The notes below the pieces were generated by a model, which was not told the origin of the DNA, did not search any database, and saw only the letters and a program-made list of their open reading frames with translations. From Candidatus Subterrananammoxibius californiae (GTDB taxonomy: Bacteria; Planctomycetota; Brocadiia; Brocadiales; Subterrananammoxibiaceae), in assembly GCA_030586555.1 (NCBI GenBank), contig JAURAC010000007.1, positions 1-64,000 on the forward strand: a stretch of 64,000 bases of DNA, in the 5' to 3' direction. The position numbers and the translations under genes were made by a program. Each line of letters opens with the position of its first letter. Position 1 is the stretch's first letter. Below are positions 38,931 through 49,200 of this stretch, one piece after another.

Positions 38931-40450
38931 AGAAGGCAAAAAATAATTCCCGCAAAATTACAACACCGCAATCACTGAATGCCTACATAAAAGGCATCTG
39001 CGATATTATGCGGCGGTCTGGTAGGGCAGGGGCGCTTCAGTATGTGCCTGAACTTACATGGATGCTCTTCCTTAGGATACTCGATGAGAAAGAGCAGAGG
39101 GAAGAAGAGCAGGCAAAGGCGGTGAGCGCCGAGTTTAGTCCTTCACTTGAATATCCTTACCGCTGGCAAGACTGGGCTGACCCAGATGGCAAAAAGCACA
39201 CTGAACTTCAGCTTGGAACACTCGGCGCATTTATGAGCTTTGTTAATGGTGAGCTTTTACCGACCCTTAGAAGGCTGAAGGATAAACCGGGAGCCACCTC
39301 AAGTCAAAAGGTAATTAGCGAAATTTTTTCATCTTTTGAAAGGACAGGTATAGATACTGAGCGTAATCTTTTAGATATTCTTGATAAAATTCATGAACTC
39401 TCCCTTGAACATGTAGATGAAACGCACATGTTCACACTTTCCCAAGTCTATGAGAGTTTACTTCAGAAGATGGGAGAGAAAAATAACGATGGCGGCCAGT
39501 TCTTTACTCCGAGAGAGGTTATACGCGTGATGGTGAGGGTGATTAACCCTGAAATTGGAGAAACTGTTTACGACCCGTGTTGTGGAACTGGCGGTTTTTT
39601 GGCTCAGGCGTATCAACTCATGAAGCACAAAGCGAAGACTGCTACAGATATAGAGACCCTCAAAACGAGTACTTTTTATGGGAGAGAAAAGGAAAACTTG
39701 GTTTATCCTATTGCGCTGGCAAACCTGGCGCTTCATGAGATTGACGAGCCGCATATCTGGCATGGAAACACTTTAACCGGTAATGAGGTTTATGGTGGAC
39801 TTTTTACAGGCGCTCCAGCACTCTTTGATATTGTGCTTACAAATCCTCCTTTTGGCGGCAAAGAGGGAAGGGATGCGCGAACCCATTTTGCTTATAAGAC
39901 AGGCGCTACTCAAGTGCTTTTCTTACAACATGTGATAGATAGTTTGAAACATGGCGGAAGATGCGGAATTGTTATGGACGAGGGCGTCCTCTTTCGCACG
40001 AACGAAACTGCCTTTGTTCAGACCAAACGCAAGCTTCTCAATGAATGCAATCTATGGTGTATCGTAAGCCTTCCGCCAAAGGTTTTTTTAAACGCAGGCG
40101 CTGCCAGCAAGACAAACCTTCTATTTTTTACGAGGGGAGAGCCGACAAAGGAAATATGGTATTATGACTTGTCAGACCTCAATATAACCAAAAAACAACC
40201 TCTCACGATTCAACACTTTGAAGAATTCTTTAAACTCTTGAACCCTTCAACCTTTAAACTTTCCGAAGGTGAACGCTCCTGGCGTGTATCAATCGAAGAA
40301 ATCCAGGCAAAGAATTACGATATCAAGGCTGTTAACCCTAATCGTAAAGGCATAGAGGATAACAGAACACCAGATGAATTGATTGATTTTATAGAGTCAC
40401 AGACTAAGGAAATAACAAATGCTCTCACTACATTGCGGGTTAAAAGTTAA
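38927..40450 (+). CDS. hsdM: Type I restriction-modification m6A methyltransferase subunit M
   Basis: GQFFTPR, YDPCCGTGGFL, TNPPFGG. Confidence 0.96.
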   Translation: MKKAKNNSRKITTPQSLNAYIKGICDIMRRSGRAGALQYVPELTWMLFLRILDEKEQREEEQAKAVSAEFSPSLEYPYRWQDWADPDGKKHTELQLGTLGAFMSFVNGELLPTLRRLKDKPGATSSQKVISEIFSSFERTGIDTERNLLDILDKIHELSLEHVDETHMFTLSQVYESLLQKMGEKNNDGGQFFTPREVIRVMVRVINPEIGETVYDPCCGTGGFLAQAYQLMKHKAKTATDIETLKTSTFYGREKENLVYPIALANLALHEIDEPHIWHGNTLTGNEVYGGLFTGAPALFDIVLTNPPFGGKEGRDARTHFAYKTGATQVLFLQHVIDSLKHGGRCGIVMDEGVLFRTNETAFVQTKRKLLNECNLWCIVSLPPKVFLNAGAASKTNLLFFTRGEPTKEIWYYDLSDLNITKKQPLTIQHFEEFFKLLNPSTFKLSEGERSWRVSIEEIQAKNYDIKAVNPNRKGIEDNRTPDELIDFIESQTKEITNALTTLRVKS

Positions 40451-40544
40451 GGGATTCATAAATATATATCGCCACGATAGCTTGTTTTACATCCCAAGAC
40501 AAAGCGGATACCGCCTTAAAAATAGCTAATTTTAGTCATTATAA

Positions 40545-40572
40545 ACGTCTGATAATATATATTATGTTACAC
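40545..40572 (+). other. Candidate dif site (XerC/XerD)
   Basis: ACGTCTGATAA-TATATA-TTATGTTACAC: 11-6-11 layout, right arm 9/11 to the XerD arm TTATGTTAAAT, intergenic. Confidence 0.72.
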
Positions 40573-40635
40573 ATATGGTGAAGTTTTGTTATTTAATGGT
40601 TTTTGGAGGCTTTAGGCATGGCATACTATATTGAT

Positions 40636-40669
40636 ATGACGTGGCCGTCATACCATGTCGCCATGACAT
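40636..40669. promoter_or_regulatory. Tandem palindromes, possible protein-binding sites
   Basis: ATGACG-tggc-CGTCAT (40636-40651) and ATGTC-gccat-GACAT (40655-40669); 40654-40669 is the exact reverse complement of 32255-32270. Confidence 0.55.
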
Positions 40670-40701
40670 AGTCTTGACGTGTGGGATAGTTTTGGGGCAA
40701 A

Positions 40702-40760
40702 AACCTTTGGCTGGGCAGTTTGACCCTGAGCTCACTGCCGAAGGATTAAGGTCGAAGCCT
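40702..40760. repeat. 59-bp dispersed repeat, copy 2 (inverted)
   Basis: Matches 29824-29882 in reverse orientation, 54/59. Confidence 0.88.
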
Positions 40761-40798
40761 TTGTAAATTCAAGCCCGGTACGTGCCAGGTATGTTATT

Positions 40799-41242
40799 TC
40801 AGTCGATAATAATTTTTACTATGGAACATACTGCCATTGCTATGACGCAAATAAGAATAATAAATATAAAGACTTTTATAGACCTAAAATTAATGCCTTC
40901 CATTATATATAAACATTTCTTCAATAAATCGTTTTGACATTCTTGACCTGCAGTAAGTCTTTCCATTAGTTGTTGAACTATTGTTAAATCTGCTTCCGCA
41001 TTTTCACCCTTGGCATCAGTATTTCCTTTTCCTTTATCGGTAATAGATGCAGATTCAAGTTCCGCCTTCTTCTTTAAGATGTCGGACATTTTAACATAAG
41101 TTACCTGGCGATTCATATTATCTATGACGGCTCTTGTGTCCCATGAGCCGTCATATATGTATCGCCATATCTGCCGCCTCGACCTTCCAATAATCTGCTC
41201 CGCTTCCTTCAATGCAATCCATTCTGTACTATCAATATCCAT
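40799..41242 (-). CDS. HTH (MerR/excisionase-like) + helical segment + C-terminal TM protein
   Basis: WIALKEAEQIIGRSRRQIWRYI..G HTH; low-complexity linker; VFIFIILICVIAMAVCSIV TM; G-rich SD; TTGACA-N18-TACTAT at 41318-41289. Confidence 0.75.
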   Translation of the reverse strand: MDIDSTEWIALKEAEQIIGRSRRQIWRYIYDGSWDTRAVIDNMNRQVTYVKMSDILKKKAELESASITDKGKGNTDAKGENAEADLTIVQQLMERLTAGQECQNDLLKKCLYIMEGINFRSIKVFIFIILICVIAMAVCSIVKIIID

Positions 41243-41675
41243 GTGCAGTCCCCCCATATAAAATAAATTGCCCAGTTGTTTTTCGATAATAGTAACATCA
41301 CAAAATGTACTTTGTCAATACTTTTTCATTCTGGGACAACTCTTATGTTTTTACTGAGGAGCGCATTTCTCATATCGACCTCTCCCCATCCAGGGGTGAA
41401 CTCGCTCCGATTTAAATTAATCTACAAGAGGTTATCAGGGGAAAAAATCACCTGCCGGTTGGGTATAGTTTTCTTACACTATTTATTCCCTCACATACTT
41501 TTTATATTTTAACATTTACGAGCTTACTGGATAGAAAAAAATATAGAATAACACATATTAACTCTTTTACTAATTATATTCTAAAGGTTTAGGTAAACTA
41601 ATCCAATACCCAAAAATTTTAACCCCTGAATCAGAAAATATCAAATCCCGTACTACTGGACTAAAAGACAGGAAA

Positions 41676-41691
41676 TGGCACACTGTTAGCT
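41676..41691 (+). promoter_or_regulatory. Candidate sigma54 promoter upstream of fliW
   Basis: TGGCAC-actgt-TAGCT with correct GG/GC spacing. Confidence 0.5.
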
Positions 41692-42000
41692 ACTTTGTTG
41701 TTCGCCCTAAAAGCTCCTTAAAGGGTTACTTGTTTTATAAATATTTTCAGACTAAAAGATTACATAAAAATATCTACTAATTAGACAAAGAAAACCTATC
41801 ATAAATGTTTAAAAATTCCACAACAAGATGTTGGATGTTACAATATTTATCGGAAGGGAGGTTGAAAGATGATTTAAAAATGCGCAATATTAATATGTTT
41901 AGTGTCTCAATAAGTTTTTTTAAATTTTTGTAAACTTTGGAATCGCGAGTACCCGCGAAGCGGGTGCGTGCTGTCTTTGGCACGGAAAGGTGATAATACT

Positions 42001-42435
42001 ATGGAGATAATGGAAAAAACAACGGATAGCCTTGAAGATGTTAAGGAGAATAATGTAATTACTTTTCGTCACGGAATATTGGGTTTTGAAAACTGTAAAC
42101 GCTTTGTGATAGTAAGCCTTGAAGAGGTCTGGCCATTTGAGTGGTTGCTTTCGATTGATAATCCCGCAGTTGGGTTCCCCATAATTAACCCGTTCATTTT
42201 CTGCCCTGATTATGTTCCTAATATCCCTAAGGAAGAATTTGAGGATTTGGAGATTGATGAACCGGACGAGGCGGAGATGTTTTGCATAGCAACCATTGGT
42301 AACAACCCAACAAAGGCAACGGCAAACCTTAAAGGACCAATTATCGTTAACACTGCAAAGAATATGGCAAAACAGTTTGTCCTGGGTGATGATTCCTACT
42401 CTGTTCACCATCCTATTCAGAAGCCGGAAGATTAA
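42001..42435 (+). CDS. fliW: Flagellar assembly factor FliW
   Basis: ITF..GILGFE, PF.WL.S, INPF.F.PDY, TANLKGPIIVN. Confidence 0.95.
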   Translation: MEIMEKTTDSLEDVKENNVITFRHGILGFENCKRFVIVSLEEVWPFEWLLSIDNPAVGFPIINPFIFCPDYVPNIPKEEFEDLEIDEPDEAEMFCIATIGNNPTKATANLKGPIIVNTAKNMAKQFVLGDDSYSVHHPIQKPED

Positions 42436-42500
42436 CATAACAATTCCTGAATCTCCCGTGTTAAATACGGGGTCAGGACAGGTCCAGGAAGGTAGATAAA

Positions 42501-42803
42501 ATGCTTATTTTGACAAGGAAGTTAGGAGAAAGTATCACCATTGGCAATGACATAAAGGTTACAGTGCTCGACATGCAGGGTAAACAGGTTAAAATCGGGA
42601 TAGCAGCGCCTAAGGAACTGAGCGTCTATCGGGAAGAAATTTATCAAAAAATTCAAGAGGAAAATAGAAAAGCAGCTATGACCAGCGAAATTAATCTACG
42701 AAAGGTAGTGGAAATCTCAAAATCTCTTCACGAAGCGAAGGATTTGCCTGCAACGTCAGTTGTTCAATTTAAAAATTTGATTAATAGCGAGTCAACAATT
42801 TGA
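42501..42803 (+). CDS. csrA: Carbon storage regulator CsrA (long C-terminus)
   Basis: [35 protein letters not shown]. Confidence 0.97.
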   Translation: MLILTRKLGESITIGNDIKVTVLDMQGKQVKIGIAAPKELSVYREEIYQKIQEENRKAAMTSEINLRKVVEISKSLHEAKDLPATSVVQFKNLINSESTI

Positions 42804-44236
42804 GCCCCGGAACGAACATTTATTCAAAGACTCTTTCTCTTTGTATGATAGTCAAAGATGAAGCGTCGTATATAGAGGATTGCATTAAGAGTGTCTTACC
42901 AATTACCGATGAAATCGTTGTTGTTGATACCGGTTCTGTAGACGGTACAACAGAAATAGCTAATCGGTATGGGGCAAGAATATTTCATCACAAATGGGAT
43001 GATTCCTTCAGTGGGGCAAGGAATGTTTACATAAAACACGCAACAATGGACTGGATACTTGTTCTGGATGCGGATGAAAGGGTTGATTCTGAAGGTCTCC
43101 TTGCAATAGACAACCTTCTCTCAGGTGGGGATGATTTCATGGGTTTCACCTTCATCTTACGGAATTATACCAATGACTCTACTACACTCGGATGGTCTCC
43201 TTCTGAAGAAAATAACCCATTCAGGAATGAGTTTAGCGGTTGGTATCCAACGCGTTCCATTAGACTTTTTAGAAATCATAAGGATATACATTATACAAGG
43301 ACAGTTCATGAATCTGTCAGGGAATCCATTAATAAAATTAACGGCAAGATATTGAATTTGAATATTCCTATACATCATCTCGGTGATAGACGCGGTAAAG
43401 AAAATAAATATATAAAGATGAAAACGTATGAAAGGCTTGGTAAGGAGCAAATTAAATTAAAACCGCAAGACGCACAGGCGTACTTCGAGTTGGGAAGAAT
43501 ATACCGTGAACGCGGTGAATATGAAATGGCAGAAAAAATGCTCAAGAAGGCGAATGAAATAGATGAAGGCTATCCTCAAATCCATAATGAACTGGGCACG
43601 GTCTATTTAAACCAGGAAAGGTTTGACGATGCCAGGATGGCTTTTAAAAAGGCTATCGTTTTAAACCCATCCTTTGCTGATGCGCACTATAATCTTGGCA
43701 ACCTGTATGAAAGACTCAATGAATACGACATGGCTGCAGAGTCTTATCGTAAAGCAATCGAAATCAATCCGCAATTTGTAAATGCTTATAACAATCTCGG
43801 CCTTGTTTTAGATGGAGGTGGAAAAATTGATGAAGCCATTGAGGCATACCTGAAGGCAATTGAGATAAACCCTTATATAGCACTATCATACAACAATCTT
43901 GGCATCTCACTTTTGAAAGTCTCAAAATTCTACGAGGCGATAGAGAGCTTTAAAAAGGCGATAGAACTTGATAATACATACTTTAAAGCACACTATAACC
44001 TCGGCAACGCTTACGCCAAGATGGATATGTACAAGGATGCAATTAGACAGTACCTTAAATGTGTAGAGATTGACAAAGAGGTTCCCGAACCATTTTTTAA
44101 TCTGGGATTAATACACTCGGTCAAACTACACGACAATAACCATGCAATGAACTACTGGAAAAGGTACATAGAACTAAAGCCGGATTCTGCTGAGGCAATG
44201 GCACTTATTAAATTGTTCGATTTCACACTCAACTAA
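42800..44236 (+). CDS. GT2 glycosyltransferase with TPR repeats
   Basis: [31 protein letters not shown]-terminal TPRs. Confidence 0.93.
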   Translation: MSPGTNIYSKTLSLCMIVKDEASYIEDCIKSVLPITDEIVVVDTGSVDGTTEIANRYGARIFHHKWDDSFSGARNVYIKHATMDWILVLDADERVDSEGLLAIDNLLSGGDDFMGFTFILRNYTNDSTTLGWSPSEENNPFRNEFSGWYPTRSIRLFRNHKDIHYTRTVHESVRESINKINGKILNLNIPIHHLGDRRGKENKYIKMKTYERLGKEQIKLKPQDAQAYFELGRIYRERGEYEMAEKMLKKANEIDEGYPQIHNELGTVYLNQERFDDARMAFKKAIVLNPSFADAHYNLGNLYERLNEYDMAAESYRKAIEINPQFVNAYNNLGLVLDGGGKIDEAIEAYLKAIEINPYIALSYNNLGISLLKVSKFYEAIESFKKAIELDNTYFKAHYNLGNAYAKMDMYKDAIRQYLKCVEIDKEVPEPFFNLGLIHSVKLHDNNHAMNYWKRYIELKPDSAEAMALIKLFDFTLN

Positions 44237-44256
44237 CTTACCGGAGGTGTTGCGTT

Positions 44257-45078
44257 ATGGCACAATCAACGTACAAGGAAAAAAAGAAAAAGGTTACAGT
44301 TGTAAAAGGGAAAGGTGGCACAGGCATCTTGCCTGTGTCTTTAATGGTAAAAGCAGATAATAAGAAGGAGCGAAAAAAAACATTAAAAGAATTGAAAGAT
44401 GCTGTTAAGAAAAATCCCGAGCACGCGGAACCAAATCTTGAACTGGGAAACTATTATTTTGAAAAAGGAAATGTTGAAGAAGGTCTCCCCTATTTAATAA
44501 AAGGATTAGAACTTTCTTCAGAATTTGCAGATGGCAAGAATCTATTGGGAACAATATATTTCGGCAGGGGAGAAAATAAGAAGGCAGAAGAATGTTTTTT
44601 AAAAGCTATTGAATTAGACCCTGACCTTGCAGATGCGTATTACAATCTTGGAATTTTGAATGAATCCATGGGTGATAGGTGGGCAGCCATTGAGAACTTC
44701 CGCAAGGCAACGGAAATAAATCCAAAAAATCCCCTTTCCTTTAACAATCTTGCCATCGAATATATCCATCTTGATATGTGGCAGGAAGCGGAAGCATGCC
44801 TTAAGAATGCTATAGGAGCGGACTCGCAATATATGGACGCAATTAACAATCTTGTTAAACTTTATGCAAAACGGAATGTTTTAGAAGAAGCGATTAGGAG
44901 ATTTGAAGAATGCATTAGTAGAAATGTTCGTGAGGTGGCTATATTCAATTTTCTCGGCGCTTGTTACCTGCACGTAGGTGAAGACCACAAGGCAAAAGAG
45001 ATGTGGAATGAATCCTTAGCTTTAAAACCAGAGCAGGAAGAAATAAATAAAATCTTGGATTCTATGCCATTATACTGA
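44257..45078 (+). CDS. TPR-repeat protein
   Basis: Consecutive TPRs (AYYNLG..KA.EINP); GGAGGT SD. Confidence 0.9.
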   Translation: MAQSTYKEKKKKVTVVKGKGGTGILPVSLMVKADNKKERKKTLKELKDAVKKNPEHAEPNLELGNYYFEKGNVEEGLPYLIKGLELSSEFADGKNLLGTIYFGRGENKKAEECFLKAIELDPDLADAYYNLGILNESMGDRWAAIENFRKATEINPKNPLSFNNLAIEYIHLDMWQEAEACLKNAIGADSQYMDAINNLVKLYAKRNVLEEAIRRFEECISRNVREVAIFNFLGACYLHVGEDHKAKEMWNESLALKPEQEEINKILDSMPLY

Positions 45079-45175
45079 GCAAGGCATCCAGTCTGCGTGC
45101 GTCGCACAGGCAGGTTCGAGAGATATTCGCTTTATTAAAAAAAACATTTTGTAATTTTGCTAATGGAGGCATGGA

Positions 45176-46210
45176 TTGCACATTGGAAAGAATTCTATCA
45201 TTTCTCCACATGCCATTATAGAACAGCCAGAAAATGTTTATATCGGAGACAATGTACAGATTAAGCCCGGTGTTGTTTTACGCCCTGAAACAGGTTTAAT
45301 ATACGTAGGAAATAATGTCGTCATCAATCATTATACAGTTATTCATGCTAAGGGAGGATTGGAAATTAGTGATTGGACAATCATCGGTCCACACTGTGGC
45401 ATATATGCTCAGAACCACTCGTTTGAATCATTTGACATGCCCATTACGAAGCAACCCAACAAAGGACTTGGGATTATACTGATGGGTGACAACTGGTTGG
45501 GAGCAGGGTGTATCATACTCGACGGAGTTACCCTTGGTAAAGGTACTATAGTAGGGGCAGGCGCTGTAGTAACAAAATCTTTTCCAATGGCAAAAGTAAT
45601 AGCAGGCAACCCGGCAAAAATTTTAAAAAATAGATTTCCTGTCAATCAATGGGATTTCCAGAAAGTAGAGAGATGTTCATCATCCTTAACACCTGAGGAA
45701 TATTGGCCATATATAAATCATAGAGCACAATTTGGCTTGAAATATCTGCGTCCATCCGATGTCGTGCTCGATATTGGATGTGGCGATGGGTACATTACAA
45801 ACATATTAAAAGATAAATGCAAGGATATAATTGGTATTGATTATTCCGAGGAGGCAGTTCAAGAAGCAAAAAAACAATATCCAACATTAGAATGTTGCCC
45901 TATGAGTTCAACAAACCTTATTTTTAAACCTGAAAGTTTTGATAAGGTTGTTTGTTTTGAAATTCTTGAACATCAAACGCTCTCACAAGCAAGAAAAACA
46001 ATAGATGAGATACACAGAATTCTAAAACAAAATGGTATGATAATCGGTTCTACCCCTCTGAGAAATAATTGTAATACAACTCCTTCCACGTATGCCCACA
46101 TATATGAATACTCAGAGTCTGAATTAAGAGATTTACTCGGCAAGTTTCAAGGAGTTGAAATATCCCAAAACAACTTTTTTATTGGAAAGAAGCTTAGAAA
46201 TGAGCACTAA
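45176..46210 (+). CDS. Hexapeptide-repeat acyltransferase fused to a class I SAM methyltransferase
   Basis: LbH repeats ending GAGAVVTKS..AGNPAK, then VLDIGCGDG and FD.VVCFEILEH; TTG start after GGAGG. Confidence 0.9.
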   Translation: MHIGKNSIISPHAIIEQPENVYIGDNVQIKPGVVLRPETGLIYVGNNVVINHYTVIHAKGGLEISDWTIIGPHCGIYAQNHSFESFDMPITKQPNKGLGIILMGDNWLGAGCIILDGVTLGKGTIVGAGAVVTKSFPMAKVIAGNPAKILKNRFPVNQWDFQKVERCSSSLTPEEYWPYINHRAQFGLKYLRPSDVVLDIGCGDGYITNILKDKCKDIIGIDYSEEAVQEAKKQYPTLECCPMSSTNLIFKPESFDKVVCFEILEHQTLSQARKTIDEIHRILKQNGMIIGSTPLRNNCNTTPSTYAHIYEYSESELRDLLGKFQGVEISQNNFFIGKKLRNEH

Positions 46211-49200
46211 AAAATGCATTCTTCTCACCACCTCTGCAGCCCCATCTCAAACCCCCTTTTCAACTTCCGAGAAGCGATCTCCTATTGGGATTGGATTTCT
46301 AATATCCGTGTTAAGGAATGCCGGGCACGAAGTCTTCTTCATTGACAATTACCTTCAACCAAGCGACTTCCTCGAAACAGATTATCTTCAACGAAACAAG
46401 ATAGACTACGTTGGTATATATGCGAATACCATCTGTTACCGTGATACACTTCGTATGTTTTACAGGCTCGAATACCTCAGGCGCGCAGGAAAATGGAACG
46501 GGAAGATTATTGTGGGGGGGCCACACACAACCGTTGCTTTGGACACCATTCCCAATTTTGTGGACTATGTGGTGCAGGGTGAGGGCGAACGGGCTATTGT
46601 TGACATCGTTGAAGACAGGGTAAGTAATAGGGTTGTATGGTATCCACCTATAAAGAATCTTGACGAATTACCCATGCCGGCATGGGATTACTTTGTCCAT
46701 TTACCCTATAAATGGAGTATAGACTGGGTTGAAGGACAACCGATTTTTACTATGAACACCAGTCGTGGATGTCCGTTTCAATGCACATTTTGCTCTGTAA
46801 GTTCTATATGGGGCAAGCGATACACCTATTTCAACGCAGAAAGGATTGTTTCTGACATTGAACATCTCATCAAACACTATAATGCAAAAGGAATCTACTT
46901 TAGAGAAGATAATTTTACCCTCAATCGAAACAGATTAATAAAATTTTGTAATCTTTTGATTGAGAAGGGAATCAATATATCCTGGACATGTGAAACGAGG
47001 GTAAACACGCTCGATAGAGAAATTGTAAAATTGATGTACAGTGCAGGGGCCAGAGCCTTCTATTTTGGTGTGGAGAGTGGTTCTCAGAAAATACTGGACT
47101 TCGTAAAAAAAGGTATTACAACCGAACAAACAAGGAATGCATTTAAATTATGTAACGAGTTCGGAATTAAAACCGCAGCAAGTGTAATAGTAGGAGTTCC
47201 AACCGAAACAGAAAAAGATATTAAACAGACTATTAAATTAATAGAAGAAATTAAGCCAACAGTAACCTGGTATAACGTCTTTGTAGGTATACCTGATAGC
47301 GGGCTATGTCAATATGTAAAAGAGAATAAACTTTATGAATTTATAGATGACAGGGGTTTAGTATATTTAAAGGGACACAACGAACGTGTGAAGAGATTCT
47401 ATGGCGATTCCTGGAATGCTCACACCCCCTGTAATCTCACTAATCCGAAAATAAGCGTTGTTATGTCAGTTTATAATGGCAGTAATTTCCTTGAAAACTC
47501 TCTAAAAAGCATTTTAACACAGAGTTATCAAGACTTTGAGTTCATAATTATTAATGATGCCTCAACTGATAGCACTACAAAAATATTAAAGAAGATTGAA
47601 GACCCACGAGTAAGAATTATCACAAATCCAAAAAATCTTGGTCTAACGAAATCCCTTAATAAAGGCATAGAAATTGCCAGAGGAAAATATATTGCCAGGA
47701 TGGATGCCGACGATATCTCTCTGCCTCATCGTTTTGAAACACAGCTTAATTTTCTTGAAAAAAATCCTGATTACGCTCTTGTAGGCAGCTCACTCTACCA
47801 GATAGACGATGGCGGAAGAACAACATCTATTATTAATCTCCCTGCCGATGATTCGAGTATCAAAGGAAGACTTAGAAAGGGAAATCAGTTTGGACATGGT
47901 AGCGTAATGATAAGAAAGGATGTCCTTTTACAGAGCGGAAAATATAACGAAAGATTCAAGTACTCGCAGGACTATGACCTATGGCTCAGAATTGCAGAAA
48001 CTCATAAGGTAGCCAATATAGGTGAACCACTTTATTACTGGAGATTAACGAAGTCATGCATCTCCACGGAAAAAGGCGCTGAACAAAAATATTACGCCGA
48101 CCTTGCCACTTCAGAGGCACAAAAAAGAGAGTTAGTAAAATCATCACAGTGTAATGGCAAACGAGAATTTAGGGTAATAGCAATAATCGCCGCACATAAC
48201 GAGGGAGACGTAATCTACCACGTCATTGGTGACCTTGTAAAACAGGGAATCGAAGTTTATTTTATCAATCATTGTTCAACAGATAATACTGTACAAGAGG
48301 CTTCAAAGTGGCTGGGCAAGGGTCTTATCCACATTGAAAACTTTCCACAAGATTGTAATTATCCCGAACAAAATAAAAAAGAATATATATGGTCTCATAT
48401 TTTGAAAAGGAAGCAAGAATTGGCGGTAAGCCTCGATGCGGATTGGTTCATTCATCACGATGCTGACGAATTCAGAGAATCCCCCTGGCATGGACTTTCT
48501 CTTCGTGAGGCAATTTATGTCGTTGATAGAAGTGGTTACAATGCCATAGATTTTGCACTCTTCAATTTTCACCCAACTGACGACAGTTTTGCTCCCTGCA
48601 CAGACGTAAGAGAAACAATAAAATACTATGAGCAAGGAGAAGATTTTAATAAACTACAAATAAAAGCATGGAAGAAGCATAAAGAACCTGTGGACCTGAT
48701 AACTCACGGTGGACATAATGTAACCTTTAATGATAAAAAGACATATCCAATAAAGTTTATCTTGCGTCATTATCCGATACGCAGCCAGTCCCACGGTGTG
48801 AAGAAGGTTTTCCAAGAACGCAAGAAAAGGTTCAATGCTCAAGAGCGCAGAATGAATTGGCACATTCAATATAATAAAGTAACCACTGAAAACTATAATT
48901 TTTTACACAATGCTTCTAATCTAAAGTTATACGATGGAAACAAAGTTCGTCTCTTGCTTTTAAGCGAACAGGCTTATGCAATTAAACAACAACTTTCAAC
49001 CATATCTGCCAAAGAAGACTCATCCCTAAAAAAACCTGCATTTGTGTCCCACACCTCTGATGTAAAAACTGGGCTTGCGGCATCCATCATGACCAGAGGA
49101 AAGACCCTAACCCAAATGGGGAAACTGGATGAAGCAATAAAAGAATTTGAAAAGCTGGTAAATTTACACCCGGATTATTCAGATGGATATGTTAGCCTTG

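Noticed and set aside
41276..41512. 78-aa ORF between the HTH gene and fliW
   Set aside because: It overlaps the HTH gene promoter, has no SD or motif, and looks like AT-rich intergenic sequence
41949..41967. c-di-GMP riboswitch in the fliW leader
   Set aside because: Only a short GC-rich hairpin that looks REP-like; the conserved riboswitch motifs are not evident
41978..41993. Second sigma54 promoter (TGGCACG) just before fliW
   Set aside because: No GC at the -12 position
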